Part shown: piece after piece, positions 1 to 8,350 of the stretch
Layout of the letters: each line of letters begins with the position of its first letter
How positions within the stretch are numbered: the stretch's first letter is position 1
Source of the DNA: an uncultured Planctomycetota bacterium
GTDB lineage: Bacteria > Planctomycetota > B143-G9
DNA: 64,000 nt
Direction of reading: 5' to 3'
Assembly (NCBI GenBank): GCA_964571525.1
Contig: CAZNBY010000001.1
Location: forward strand, 90,329 to 154,328
Program-made: the position numbers and the translations under genes
Notes under the pieces: generated by a model
The model's database searches: none
What the model saw: only the letters and a program-made list of their open reading frames with translations
What the model was told of the DNA's origin: nothing

Positions 1-724
1 ACGCGACGCCGTCAATCACGCTTGCGGGCGGATAGTAGCCGTTTGTGCCCGACCAAGAGTGGAAATAGTACATTGAGGGCGCTGCGGCGACATCCTGCAA
101 CAGCTCTTTTGGAACAGGATTATTAAACTGGTCGCGTATGCGCAGTGTGACGAGGTAGTCGAGATACACGCGGATATAAACTGGTCCGCTCGTGTTGCTC
201 CAGACGAACTCGTTCGTCGCTTTCTGCGCGGCGAGATAGTTGAATATGTAAGGAGTGGCAGCCGAACCGTTTCCGCCAGCTTCGGCATTGGCGATTCCGG
301 TCCACGCTGAGCCAGCCGATGTCACATACCCGGGGGCGTACGCAATAACGCCGCACACCTGGCCGTTAACAACGGTCGTCGTTCCACCACTATTGAAACC
401 AGAACGACCGTTAAGAAACTCGACATCGTTGTCAGCGCCACCGGCAGGCGGCACGGCCGTTCTATCATCATCAGGATTAGATGGCGATGTTGAGCCGTCG
501 TAGCCGTATAGCACGACATTGGGTGTGACGGTAATCGAGCCGTCAGCGTCAGGAAGATGGATTTCCACGGTAGCCGTGTTAATCGGCTTACCATCTCTGC
601 CTATGACTTCGACAATAATGTCGCCGTTACCCGTGAGCTGATACGCGGCGTACGCGTTGCTCGCGGATAGCAGAAGTGTGAGTGCCGCAAGAACGGCAAG
701 GGTCAAACCAAGAAATCGTCTCAT
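1..724 (-). CDS. Secreted hypothetical protein, 5'-complete, runs off left window edge (partial)
   Basis: Hand translation of the third minus frame from ATG at 724 (MRRFLGLTLAVLAALTLLLSASNAYA|AYQLTGNG...), no stop to position 1; AGGAG Shine-Dalgarno 6 nt upstream; signal-peptide-like N-terminus. Not in ORF track, which appears to omit edge-truncated ORFs. Confidence 0.55.
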   Translation of the reverse strand, partial: MRRFLGLTLAVLAALTLLLSASNAYAAYQLTGNGDIIVEVIGRDGKPINTATVEIHLPDADGSITVTPNVVLYGYDGSTSPSNPDDDRTAVPPAGGADNDVEFLNGRSGFNSGGTTTVVNGQVCGVIAYAPGYVTSAGSAWTGIANAEAGGNGSAATPYIFNYLAAQKATNEFVWSNTSGPVYIRVYLDYLVTLRIRDQFNNPVPKELLQDVAAAPSMYYFHSWSGTNGYYPPASVIDGVA

Positions 725-1015
725 AACCAGCTCCTTATTTGGATAAGTACTGTTGTGTGCCATTTTTAAGGATACCTCGAAAGGCATCCGGCGTCGAACG
801 CCACTTAAGAGCCTATCTGAACTATCGCAGTTGCCCGCGATTTTCGCAAAATTCAAAGAACAAATCGGCCATTTATGCATGCCGATAATGATGCACCGAC
901 GGTGCTCCTAACACACACCGCCTGACATCAGATATATGTAATTCAACTCGTTTTCACAAGCGAAGGTTGCTTCCTCCACTTGCCCTCCGCGTAGGAACCT
1001 CCGTCAATTGCCGAT

Positions 1016-1044
1016 ACTATACACCAGCAATTCCCCGTTGTCAA
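1016..1044 (-). promoter_or_regulatory. Sigma-70-type promoter P1 (TTGACA-N17-TATAGT on minus strand)
   Basis: Minus-strand reading: cgcTTGACAacggggaattgctggtgTATAGT; -35 at 1039-1044, -10 at 1016-1021; points toward the CDS starting at 724. Confidence 0.45.
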
Positions 1045-1096
1045 GCGCTACCGGTTTTTATCGAAAAAAGACGGTACCGCTAAATAAGGGTCGAGT

Positions 1097-1124
1097 ATTA
1101 TAACCATCCAAATCCCCTTGTCAA
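1097..1124 (-). promoter_or_regulatory. Sigma-70-type promoter P2 (TTGACA-N16-TATAAT on minus strand)
   Basis: Minus-strand reading: cgcTTGACAaggggatttggatggtTATAAT; shares extended motif CGCTTGACAA(C/G)GGGGA with P1, about 80 bp upstream of it. Confidence 0.45.
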
Positions 1125-1307
1125 GCGAATTTTTCCGCATCTGATTCGCGGCAAACTTGAATCTGACGCGGGTTCCCGCATAATTTGCTTCACAAACACA
1201 ATATATAGGCATATCTTCACGCAAGCCACTACATATTGCGTAACATTTTTTCGCGAAAAATTCTTGTTTGAGCACCTTGCAGGCCGAAATATTTGGATAT
1301 ACTTGTT

Positions 1308-2795
1308 ATGATGATTCGATTTCTTGCCATTCTTGCCATACTCGTGTTGTTCTGCCAGAATTCGTGGGCAGAGTCTATTTCATTCCTTAACTCGGGTAAG
1401 GGTAGACTCCGCATGGCAAAGTTTGTCGCAGACGACTTTACCTTTACCGAGGTCGCTGGCGAGCTTTCGATAAAGGACGGCATCATCTCAGTCTCTCAGC
1501 TTACCGCAAAGGCTATGGGTGGGAGCGTGGTCGGTCGCGCTTCTTTCGACCTTAATATCTTTCCGCCCAGCTATGAGGTCGAAATTGACCTGCTTGACTG
1601 CGAGGCTGAGGAGCTTAAACGCCAGATTGACATTGACACATATTTTCTTAACGGCAAACTTAACGGCAGAATCAAAATCACCGGCAAGTTCGACGATGCT
1701 AACCCCACAATGCTAATTACAGGCCATCTTAAAATGACCGCGCGCGAGAACGACATTCTTACCTATGCCGAAGCCGACATCACCTATCGCTTGCACCATC
1801 TCACCCTGTCCAATATATACGGCAGAGAGCCAGCTAACGGAACCGTGAACGCAAATCTTGAAATTCTGTTCGAAAAAGGCTCAACGCGCATCATCGGCAC
1901 AGTCGGTTTGCAGGATGTCGGCATTCATACGCTTGCGCGCATCGGCAAAGATGATCCAGAATGGCTTGATGGGCATGTTACCGGCAATTCTGAATTGAGG
2001 CTTTGTTTTGGCAAAGGAATGGTTATCGAGGACTGTCTGACCAACGGCATAATCACCTCTTCGTCATTTACTGTCTTTGGCGTTCCCATCACAGGAGCAG
2101 CGAACTTTACATTCGACGGCGACAGGCTAACCGTGCGCGATTTCGTTGGACAATCGTGTGGAGGCTCTGTTAAGGGGATGTTCTACACCGAAAATGCGGG
2201 TTCTCGCGTAGAGGTTGCAGGAGAAAAGGTTCGGCTTGCAGAGGTATTGAAGGCATTAAAGCTTGGCAACGAGCTTAGCGGTGATACCACTTTTACGACT
2301 GCTTTCGAAACCAAGACAAATGTGCCCGGTTTGACGGGTGACTGGTTTGTTGAGGTAAAGAATGGGCTTTTAACCAAGGCTCCGGGAATAATGAGCGTCG
2401 TAACACTGCTTGGGCTTCCAACCTTTGGGCAGCACGAGTTCACCGAAGGCAAAGCGAAGATGCGCTTCAACGGCAGACGCATAGTGGTTGACGACGCGCA
2501 GCTTGTATCCAAACGCCTTACGCTTCAATACGGCACGGGATATGTTGATTTCGACGGCCCGATGCACATGCAGTTCGACATATACTCCGAGGGAACGCTT
2601 TTAAGCCTTTTGTTGGGAAAGTTTGGGTCGGCGATTGCAAATCTGTTAGATCCGGTATCCAAGGTCTTTAAAGTTGAGATAAAGGGCACTATTGGCGAAC
2701 CTATCGCCTCGATGCGCGCTTTTTCAAAGCGAATTGACAAGGAGGGCGCGCCACCGGAACAACCCACAGAGAACCAGAAAGAAGGGGATAAGTGA
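1308..2795 (+). CDS. Secreted AsmA-like / outer-membrane-assembly-type protein (function uncertain)
   Basis: ORF 1293-2795 (track start is TTG; ATG at 1308 gives MMIRFLAILAILVLFCQNSWA signal peptide). C-terminal region (FDGPMHMQFDI...GTIGEP) resembles AsmA-family C-termini; assignment from memory of family features only. Confidence 0.45.
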   Translation: MMIRFLAILAILVLFCQNSWAESISFLNSGKGRLRMAKFVADDFTFTEVAGELSIKDGIISVSQLTAKAMGGSVVGRASFDLNIFPPSYEVEIDLLDCEAEELKRQIDIDTYFLNGKLNGRIKITGKFDDANPTMLITGHLKMTARENDILTYAEADITYRLHHLTLSNIYGREPANGTVNANLEILFEKGSTRIIGTVGLQDVGIHTLARIGKDDPEWLDGHVTGNSELRLCFGKGMVIEDCLTNGIITSSSFTVFGVPITGAANFTFDGDRLTVRDFVGQSCGGSVKGMFYTENAGSRVEVAGEKVRLAEVLKALKLGNELSGDTTFTTAFETKTNVPGLTGDWFVEVKNGLLTKAPGIMSVVTLLGLPTFGQHEFTEGKAKMRFNGRRIVVDDAQLVSKRLTLQYGTGYVDFDGPMHMQFDIYSEGTLLSLLLGKFGSAIANLLDPVSKVFKVEIKGTIGEPIASMRAFSKRIDKEGAPPEQPTENQKEGDK

Positions 2796-3853
2796 ACAAA
2801 CAGAAAGTTAAAGACATTTCGTCTGGCGATAATTTCTCCGGCGTGTTATTGATTAAGTCAGCGAACTTGATGACCACGAAATCGGGCAATCTGTACATGG
2901 ATCTTGAGCTTGTTGATTCAACCGGACGCATCAAGGCTAAGTACTGGGATGCCACGCGAGAGACCGCAGAGGACTTGAAAGATGGTAGTTTCGCGCTCTT
3001 TCGCGGCTTCGTTGATAAATTCCGTGACGAGCTTCAACTCAAAATAGACAACTATAGCCTTGTCAACGAGAAGGAAATAGACATCACCGCATTCATGCCG
3101 GTTTCGCGTTTTCCTATCGAGGACATGGTGGCGTACCTTCACCGAATTGGCGATTCGCTCGGTAATTCATATCTGCGCAAGTTCTGGGCGCTGATGCTTG
3201 ACGACAAGATAATTATGCAGAGCTTTGTGCGATGCCCTGCCGCGGTAAGTTATCACCATGTGTTTCTTGGCGGACTGCTTGAGCACACCTGCGAAGTGAT
3301 AAGGCTCGGAGATGCAATCGCGGCTATTCGCCCCGAGCTTGACCGCGATCTGCTTCTTTCTGGTGCGCTGTTGCACGATCTTGGCAAAATCGCCGAATAT
3401 TCAAGCGGTCCAGCGTTCACCAATCTCGATGAGGGTCTGCTGCTCAGTCATCTGTACATCGGTGCAGAGATGATAGACCGCCTTGTATCTGAAATCGAGG
3501 ATTTTCCACCCGACATATCGGCAATGCTTAAGCACCTTGTGCTTTCGCACCATGGCACAAGGGAATTCGGCTCGCCGGTTGAGCCTTGTTTCGCAGAGGC
3601 AGTTGTTTTGCACTACATAGACAATATTGACGCAAAGATCAATAACATACGCACGACAATTAACGAGGATGCTGGCAGCGAGGGCGAGATGTTCACTTCG
3701 CAGCAGAGCCGCATGTTAAAGCGGCGCATATTGCGCACAACGTTCCGCCCAGAGCCAGACGGCTACAACCCGTTTGCGCAAACTGCTGAAAAGGAAACAC
3801 CCAAAGAAGAATCAGGGGTAAAGGGTAAGGGGGAAGAACCTAAACTTTGGTAA
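2792..3853 (+). CDS. OB-fold + HD-domain phosphohydrolase (YhaM-like 3'-5' exoribonuclease family)
   Basis: GTG start overlapping upstream stop (operon); HD motifs HHVFLGGLLEHT, LLHDLGK, LSHHGTREFGSP; N-terminal OB-fold-like region. Confidence 0.6.
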   Translation: MNKQKVKDISSGDNFSGVLLIKSANLMTTKSGNLYMDLELVDSTGRIKAKYWDATRETAEDLKDGSFALFRGFVDKFRDELQLKIDNYSLVNEKEIDITAFMPVSRFPIEDMVAYLHRIGDSLGNSYLRKFWALMLDDKIIMQSFVRCPAAVSYHHVFLGGLLEHTCEVIRLGDAIAAIRPELDRDLLLSGALLHDLGKIAEYSSGPAFTNLDEGLLLSHLYIGAEMIDRLVSEIEDFPPDISAMLKHLVLSHHGTREFGSPVEPCFAEAVVLHYIDNIDAKINNIRTTINEDAGSEGEMFTSQQSRMLKRRILRTTFRPEPDGYNPFAQTAEKETPKEESGVKGKGEEPKLW

Positions 3854-3857
3854 AGGC

Positions 3858-4859
3858 CTAATCTTTACCACCACCCACGACATCATGAAGCCTGATCAGG
3901 CCGACGCAGACGCCTTCATCGCTTACAACCGGCAGCACATTGATCTGAGATGAGCGATACTCCATTTTCTTGTACGCTTCGTCGGCAAGCGATTCAGGTG
4001 ATACCGTTATCGGGTTTGCCGTCATAATCGCTGAAGCGTTAAGTTCGAAAAACCGCGCACCCAACTTCAGCATACGCCGCACATCGCCGTCGGTTATAAC
4101 TCCAAGCAACTTGCCGTCAGCATCAACGACATTCAATCCACCGAGCCGGAAGTCAGACAACTTCTCCACAACAGACAGAGCGGGTGCATCTGGCGTCGTT
4201 ACGGGATTTCTATCACCCGAATGCATAAGGTCACTGACACGCAGGTTGAGCCTTGAACCGAGCGAGCCGCCCGGGTGAATGGAAGCGAAGTCTTGAGGAG
4301 TGAAATTTCTAAGCCTTACAAGAGCGACAGCAAGCGCATCGCCCATTGCCAGTGCTGCGGTTGTCGAGCAGGTGGGGGCTGGAACGAGATTGCGAGGGCA
4401 AGCCTCACGCGTAACACCGCAATCGAGCACAACATCTGATTTTCGCGCAAGAGTGGAGTTTGTGCTGCCAACCATGGCTATAAGACTCGCGCCCCTGTTG
4501 CGCAAGAAAGGGATTAAGTTGACAAGCTCTGTCGTCTCACCGCTTTTGGATAGCGCTATTACAATATCGTTCTTAGCGACAATACCCAAATCTCCATGAG
4601 CCCCTTCAGTAGGATGCAGAAACACAGATGGGACACCAGTAGAGCTGAATGTGGCAGAAATCTTCTCGCCAATAATTCCGCTTTTGCCGACACCGGTAAG
4701 AATGACCTTGCCCTTGCAGTCTGCGATCATGCGCACGGCACGGACAAAATCCGCCCCTATTGTCGCTGTAAGGCGACCGACTGCCTCTGCTTCAATTTGT
4801 AGTGCTGAAATGCCTTCTGAAATTATCTCGTCGTCGGTCAAGTTGAGGTGGTCGCTCAT
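3858..4859 (-). CDS. kdsD: Arabinose-5-phosphate isomerase, KpsF/GutQ/KdsD family (SIS + tandem CBS)
   Basis: SIS motifs (VILTGVGKSG, ALSKSGET), C-terminal CBS pair; 333 aa typical length. Confidence 0.85.
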   Translation of the reverse strand: MSDHLNLTDDEIISEGISALQIEAEAVGRLTATIGADFVRAVRMIADCKGKVILTGVGKSGIIGEKISATFSSTGVPSVFLHPTEGAHGDLGIVAKNDIVIALSKSGETTELVNLIPFLRNRGASLIAMVGSTNSTLARKSDVVLDCGVTREACPRNLVPAPTCSTTAALAMGDALAVALVRLRNFTPQDFASIHPGGSLGSRLNLRVSDLMHSGDRNPVTTPDAPALSVVEKLSDFRLGGLNVVDADGKLLGVITDGDVRRMLKLGARFFELNASAIMTANPITVSPESLADEAYKKMEYRSSQINVLPVVSDEGVCVGLIRLHDVVGGGKD

Positions 4860-5356
4860 CTCTCAGATTCCATGCTTCTCTTTTTAGAGCTTATGTTCAA
4901 TTCAAGTTGCACGCGCGAGATCTCGCGTTCGAGATGGCGAATTTCGCGGCGCCAGCGAAGGCGACTTTCAAAGCCGATAACTGAATCGTAGAATTCTTTA
5001 GCCTTGTGTAGCTGAATATTCAATGTCTCAAGCTCTTTTGGAATTCGCACCGAGGCTTTATCATCCTTGTTGCGCCTTGTGCGGCGGCGGGGACGAAGCT
5101 CGGGCGATATCTTTCCACTTCGCCAAAGCTGCCCATAATGTGTGTTGCAGTAACCGCGCGCATGTGCTGCGTTCGAACAACCCGGCACCTTGCATAGCTT
5201 TTTGTCCTTGCGGCCGATGTCTGAGATTATTTGCGAATAAAGCTCCATTTCAGTCGCATGCTTTTCACAGAAACCGTTCTTCGAGGCGGGGCGGTTGCAG
5301 CTACGCACCTTACAAGGTTTGAAGCTCCGTTGATCGGGTGTTGTGTTCTTGTTCAT
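4856..5356 (-). CDS. Hypothetical protein with two tandem Cys/His zinc-binding motifs and basic coiled-coil C-terminus
   Basis: Motifs CKVRSCNRPASKNGFCEKH and CKVPGCSNAAHARGYCNTHY; 4-bp overlaps with both flanking genes (translational coupling in regulator-ZnR-kdsD operon). Confidence 0.5.
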   Translation of the reverse strand: MNKNTTPDQRSFKPCKVRSCNRPASKNGFCEKHATEMELYSQIISDIGRKDKKLCKVPGCSNAAHARGYCNTHYGQLWRSGKISPELRPRRRTRRNKDDKASVRIPKELETLNIQLHKAKEFYDSVIGFESRLRWRREIRHLEREISRVQLELNISSKKRSMESER

Positions 5357-7584
5357 TGCCTTCCAGCCTTTTCTCTATGCCGCCCGACACGCGGGGGGCG
5401 AATGCCGAATTTCTTCATCTTGTTATAAAGCGTTGTGCGGCTGACTCCAAGTTCGTCCGCCGTCAAAGAGCAATTCCACTTGTTGGCCTTTAACTTTGAG
5501 ACCAACAGATCCTTCTCAGGCGCGGCTAAAGCGGTCTTCAGAGTCTGAAGATCAATCTGATGCTCATCTTCTGCCGGTGCAACGGCAATCTTCAGGTCCT
5601 TCGGTTCGATATGCGTTCCGCGCGCCAATATCACAGCCTGCTCAATCACATTTCTCAGTTCGCGAACATTTCCCGGCCAAGAGTAGTTCGTAAGAGCACG
5701 AACCGCGGTATCCGAAAGCTTGACAGACAATCGCTTATGAACTGTAGCGAACTGCTCAACAAAGCTGTTTGCAAGCAGTGGTATGTCTTGCCGTCTTTCG
5801 CGAAGTGGTGGTATCGGTATTGATACCACATTTAGGCGATAGAACAGGTCAGAACGGAACTCACCTCGAGCCACAGCCCTGTTCAGATCGCTGTTTGTCG
5901 CCGCAATGACCCGCGCGTTAGATCTCAGCACCCGGGTAGAACCTACAGGCTCGTATTGACCATCTTGCAGAACACGCAACAACTTTGTTTGCACTTCAAT
6001 AGGTAAATTGCCTATCTCGTCGAGAAATATTGTGCCGCCCTTCGCAAGTTCAAACCGCCCTGCTCTATCCTTGATCGCGCTTGTGAACGATCCCTTAACA
6101 TGGCCGAACAGCTCGCTTTCAAGCAAATTTACAGAAAGAGCGCCGCAGTCAACCTTAACAAAAGGCGCATCCTTAACAGGCGAACTGTAATGAATAGCCC
6201 TGGCGACAAGCTCTTTGCCTGTGCCGGTTTCTCCAGTTATCAAAACGGTCGCGGTCGTATTTGAAATGCGGTCAATCATTGAGAAGACAGACTGCATTGC
6301 TTCTGAACGACCGATTATGGTCACATTTCCGAATCTGTCAGAAAGCTCTGCACTAAGCAGAGATACCCTTTCAGCCAATAACTCGCGCTCACGATTAAGC
6401 TCCTTGGCCTGCGTTATCGCCTCGGTAACATCAAGGGCTGAACACAGAAACTCGGGCTTGCTTGCGCGTATTTCTACGGGCGCGGCAGAGATCGAAAGCA
6501 CCTTTCCGTCGAGCAGCGCAATCTCGGCTCTTGCGGTGCCATCGCTCGCGTTCAATCTGCCCATCAGGTCGCGGAACTCTGCTTTTGAAGTCGCTTCCTC
6601 CATGTTAGTAATCAGCTTGCCATCCAAGGTCTTTAGCAACTCGGCGCATCTGCCGTTCAAAGGATCAATGTCACCCTTGTGCGACATAAAGAAGAAGGCT
6701 TCTGCCGCGTTCTCTACTACCTGTCTGAAGCGCTTTTCGGCAGTTGAAAGAGTCTGACGAGCCTTGCAGCGCTCTAAGACCGCGCCAATTAGCAAGGCAA
6801 GCTCTGATGCTGCCGAGCGTCGTTCTTGCCCAAAAAGACCTGATTCACGGCGCAGAAACAAGGCTCCCTCAACTCCTGCGCCCCGCATAACTGGTATAAG
6901 AATTTCATCTGAGGCTGGCTGCGATTCGCCAATCATCTGCGCGACAGAGCGAATACGCTCAAAATCCACAAAGCCGCCTTCAGCCGATGTTGCAAACCCG
7001 CGATTAAGTATTGGCTCGATTGCTCCGTTTTCGACAAGAAGAAAATCGGCAAAATCGGCCTCAAAAGCCGTCTTAACATCGCTTGTGATAACCTCTGCAA
7101 CAGCTCGTATGTCCTCTGCTGCGTTAAGAGCCTTCGCGATGCGATAAAGAGCCGCGACTTTCTCCTTCTCCTTAAAAAGCCGTTCGTGAAGCCGCTTAAG
7201 GCGCATGCCCACCTTAACGCGTGCCAAAAGATCATCGAGCCGAAATGGCTTAGTAAGAAAGTCATCCGCGCCAAGCTCGATTCCGAAATCGCGGTGAGAA
7301 CTTGAAAGCGCGGTTAAAAGTATAACGGGAATATATGGCCGTCCCTCCATCGCCCTTATGCGCCGCAGCGTTTCAAAGCCGTCCATGCCCTCCATTCGCA
7401 CATCTAAAAGAACGATGTCGAAATCTTCGCGGCTTAGCTGATCCATTGCCTCGAAACCTGATTTGACAGCAACAGCCTCATAGCCCTGAGATAAAACAGC
7501 CTCGGCGGTCAAGCGGCAGGCATCGCTCTCGTCATCAACGACGAGAACACGACCCAAAGCGCTCTGGCGAGGCTTTATCAACAT
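5353..7584 (-). CDS. Sigma-54-dependent response regulator (REC + sensory domains + AAA+ sigma-54 activator + Fis-type HTH)
   Basis: Canonical receiver (VLVVDDESD, LLDVRMEGMDG, LLTA, TKP); Walker A TGETGTGKE; GAFTGA-like GHVKGSFTSA; C-terminal HTH LTADELGVSRTTLYNKMKKFGI. Confidence 0.9.
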   Translation of the reverse strand: MLIKPRQSALGRVLVVDDESDACRLTAEAVLSQGYEAVAVKSGFEAMDQLSREDFDIVLLDVRMEGMDGFETLRRIRAMEGRPYIPVILLTALSSSHRDFGIELGADDFLTKPFRLDDLLARVKVGMRLKRLHERLFKEKEKVAALYRIAKALNAAEDIRAVAEVITSDVKTAFEADFADFLLVENGAIEPILNRGFATSAEGGFVDFERIRSVAQMIGESQPASDEILIPVMRGAGVEGALFLRRESGLFGQERRSAASELALLIGAVLERCKARQTLSTAEKRFRQVVENAAEAFFFMSHKGDIDPLNGRCAELLKTLDGKLITNMEEATSKAEFRDLMGRLNASDGTARAEIALLDGKVLSISAAPVEIRASKPEFLCSALDVTEAITQAKELNRERELLAERVSLLSAELSDRFGNVTIIGRSEAMQSVFSMIDRISNTTATVLITGETGTGKELVARAIHYSSPVKDAPFVKVDCGALSVNLLESELFGHVKGSFTSAIKDRAGRFELAKGGTIFLDEIGNLPIEVQTKLLRVLQDGQYEPVGSTRVLRSNARVIAATNSDLNRAVARGEFRSDLFYRLNVVSIPIPPLRERRQDIPLLANSFVEQFATVHKRLSVKLSDTAVRALTNYSWPGNVRELRNVIEQAVILARGTHIEPKDLKIAVAPAEDEHQIDLQTLKTALAAPEKDLLVSKLKANKWNCSLTADELGVSRTTLYNKMKKFGIRPPRVGRHREKAGRQ

Positions 7585-7669
7585 GCCCTATGCTCCTATT
7601 GTGCAAAAAAGGTTTTGCATTATACGGCACAGAGGGCGTCTGTCAAGTAGGTCATTTTGCTCGGTTTTG

Positions 7670-8149
7670 CTAAATCGGCTTGGAAAGCAGCTTGAAAATG
7701 GTCTCTAAATCGTGCGGAAGCACCTTTGTTTCTGCAAGTACTGTCATGAAATTCGTGTCGCCCTGCCACCTTGGCACAATATGAAAATGCAGATGCCCCT
7801 CTACACCCGCACCCGCGGCACGACCGATGTTGACCCCCATATTAAAGCCATGCGGCCGCATTGCGTGGCGCAATTTCTGTGTCATGCGATCAAGAAGGCG
7901 CATCATGTCAATTATCTCGTCATTTGACAGAAGATTGAACTCAGCAACATGCCTGTTCGGAACAACCAATATGTGACCGGTGTTGTATGGGTACCGATTG
8001 AGCAGAGCAAGACTCATACATGTTCGCTCGACCACATAATTTTCGGCATCACGACCGATTTCGGAAACAACGCGGCATATAAAGCAAGCATCGCCGTCAT
8101 TTATGTTCGATACAAATTCACCACGCCAAGGTGCCCAAAGTTTGTCCAT
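7670..8149 (-). CDS. HIT-family (histidine triad) nucleotide hydrolase
   Basis: Histidine triad HLHFHIVPR; start placed at MDKLWAPWRG (ATG 8149) rather than the upstream extension of the ORF. Confidence 0.8.
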   Translation of the reverse strand: MDKLWAPWRGEFVSNINDGDACFICRVVSEIGRDAENYVVERTCMSLALLNRYPYNTGHILVVPNRHVAEFNLLSNDEIIDMMRLLDRMTQKLRHAMRPHGFNMGVNIGRAAGAGVEGHLHFHIVPRWQGDTNFMTVLAETKVLPHDLETIFKLLSKPI

Positions 8150-8269
8150 CTGATACCTCCAATGGCATTTTACGGCTTTCGCATCCTGCGGCAAAGAACT
8201 CTGTTTTCTACAGGATATTTCCTGTGGCCGCTTATGTTTACGGTGCTCCAAAAGCGTCAAATGTCTGGT

Positions 8270-8307
8270 AGGATTACATTAGACAATCATTTGACTTCTT
8301 GTATAAT
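8270..8307 (+). promoter_or_regulatory. Promoter with extended -10 (TGTATAAT) for the giant secreted protein gene
   Basis: ttagac-N17-TGtataat, -10 at 8302-8307; ATG at 8351 preceded by AGAGG. Confidence 0.4.
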
Positions 8308-8350
8308 GCTCTTAGAAGCTGTCCAAAGCCCCTTTAGAAGAGGCATAACT

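Noticed and set aside
3553-3570. TGGCAC-N5-AATTCG resembling a sigma-54 -24 element
   Set aside because: Located inside the YhaM-like coding region, lacks the -12 GC dinucleotide, and no gene follows at appropriate distance.
6215-7147. Plus-strand ORFs (180 aa and 127 aa) inside the sigma-54 regulator gene
   Set aside because: Antisense to a strongly supported CDS; Ser/Ala/Arg-rich compositions typical of wrong-frame translation of GC-rich coding DNA.
7949-8350. N-terminal 134 codons of the track ORF 7949-12697
   Set aside because: Overlaps the HIT gene on the opposite strand and lacks RBS/signal peptide; ATG 8351 with promoter, RBS and signal peptide is the credible start.
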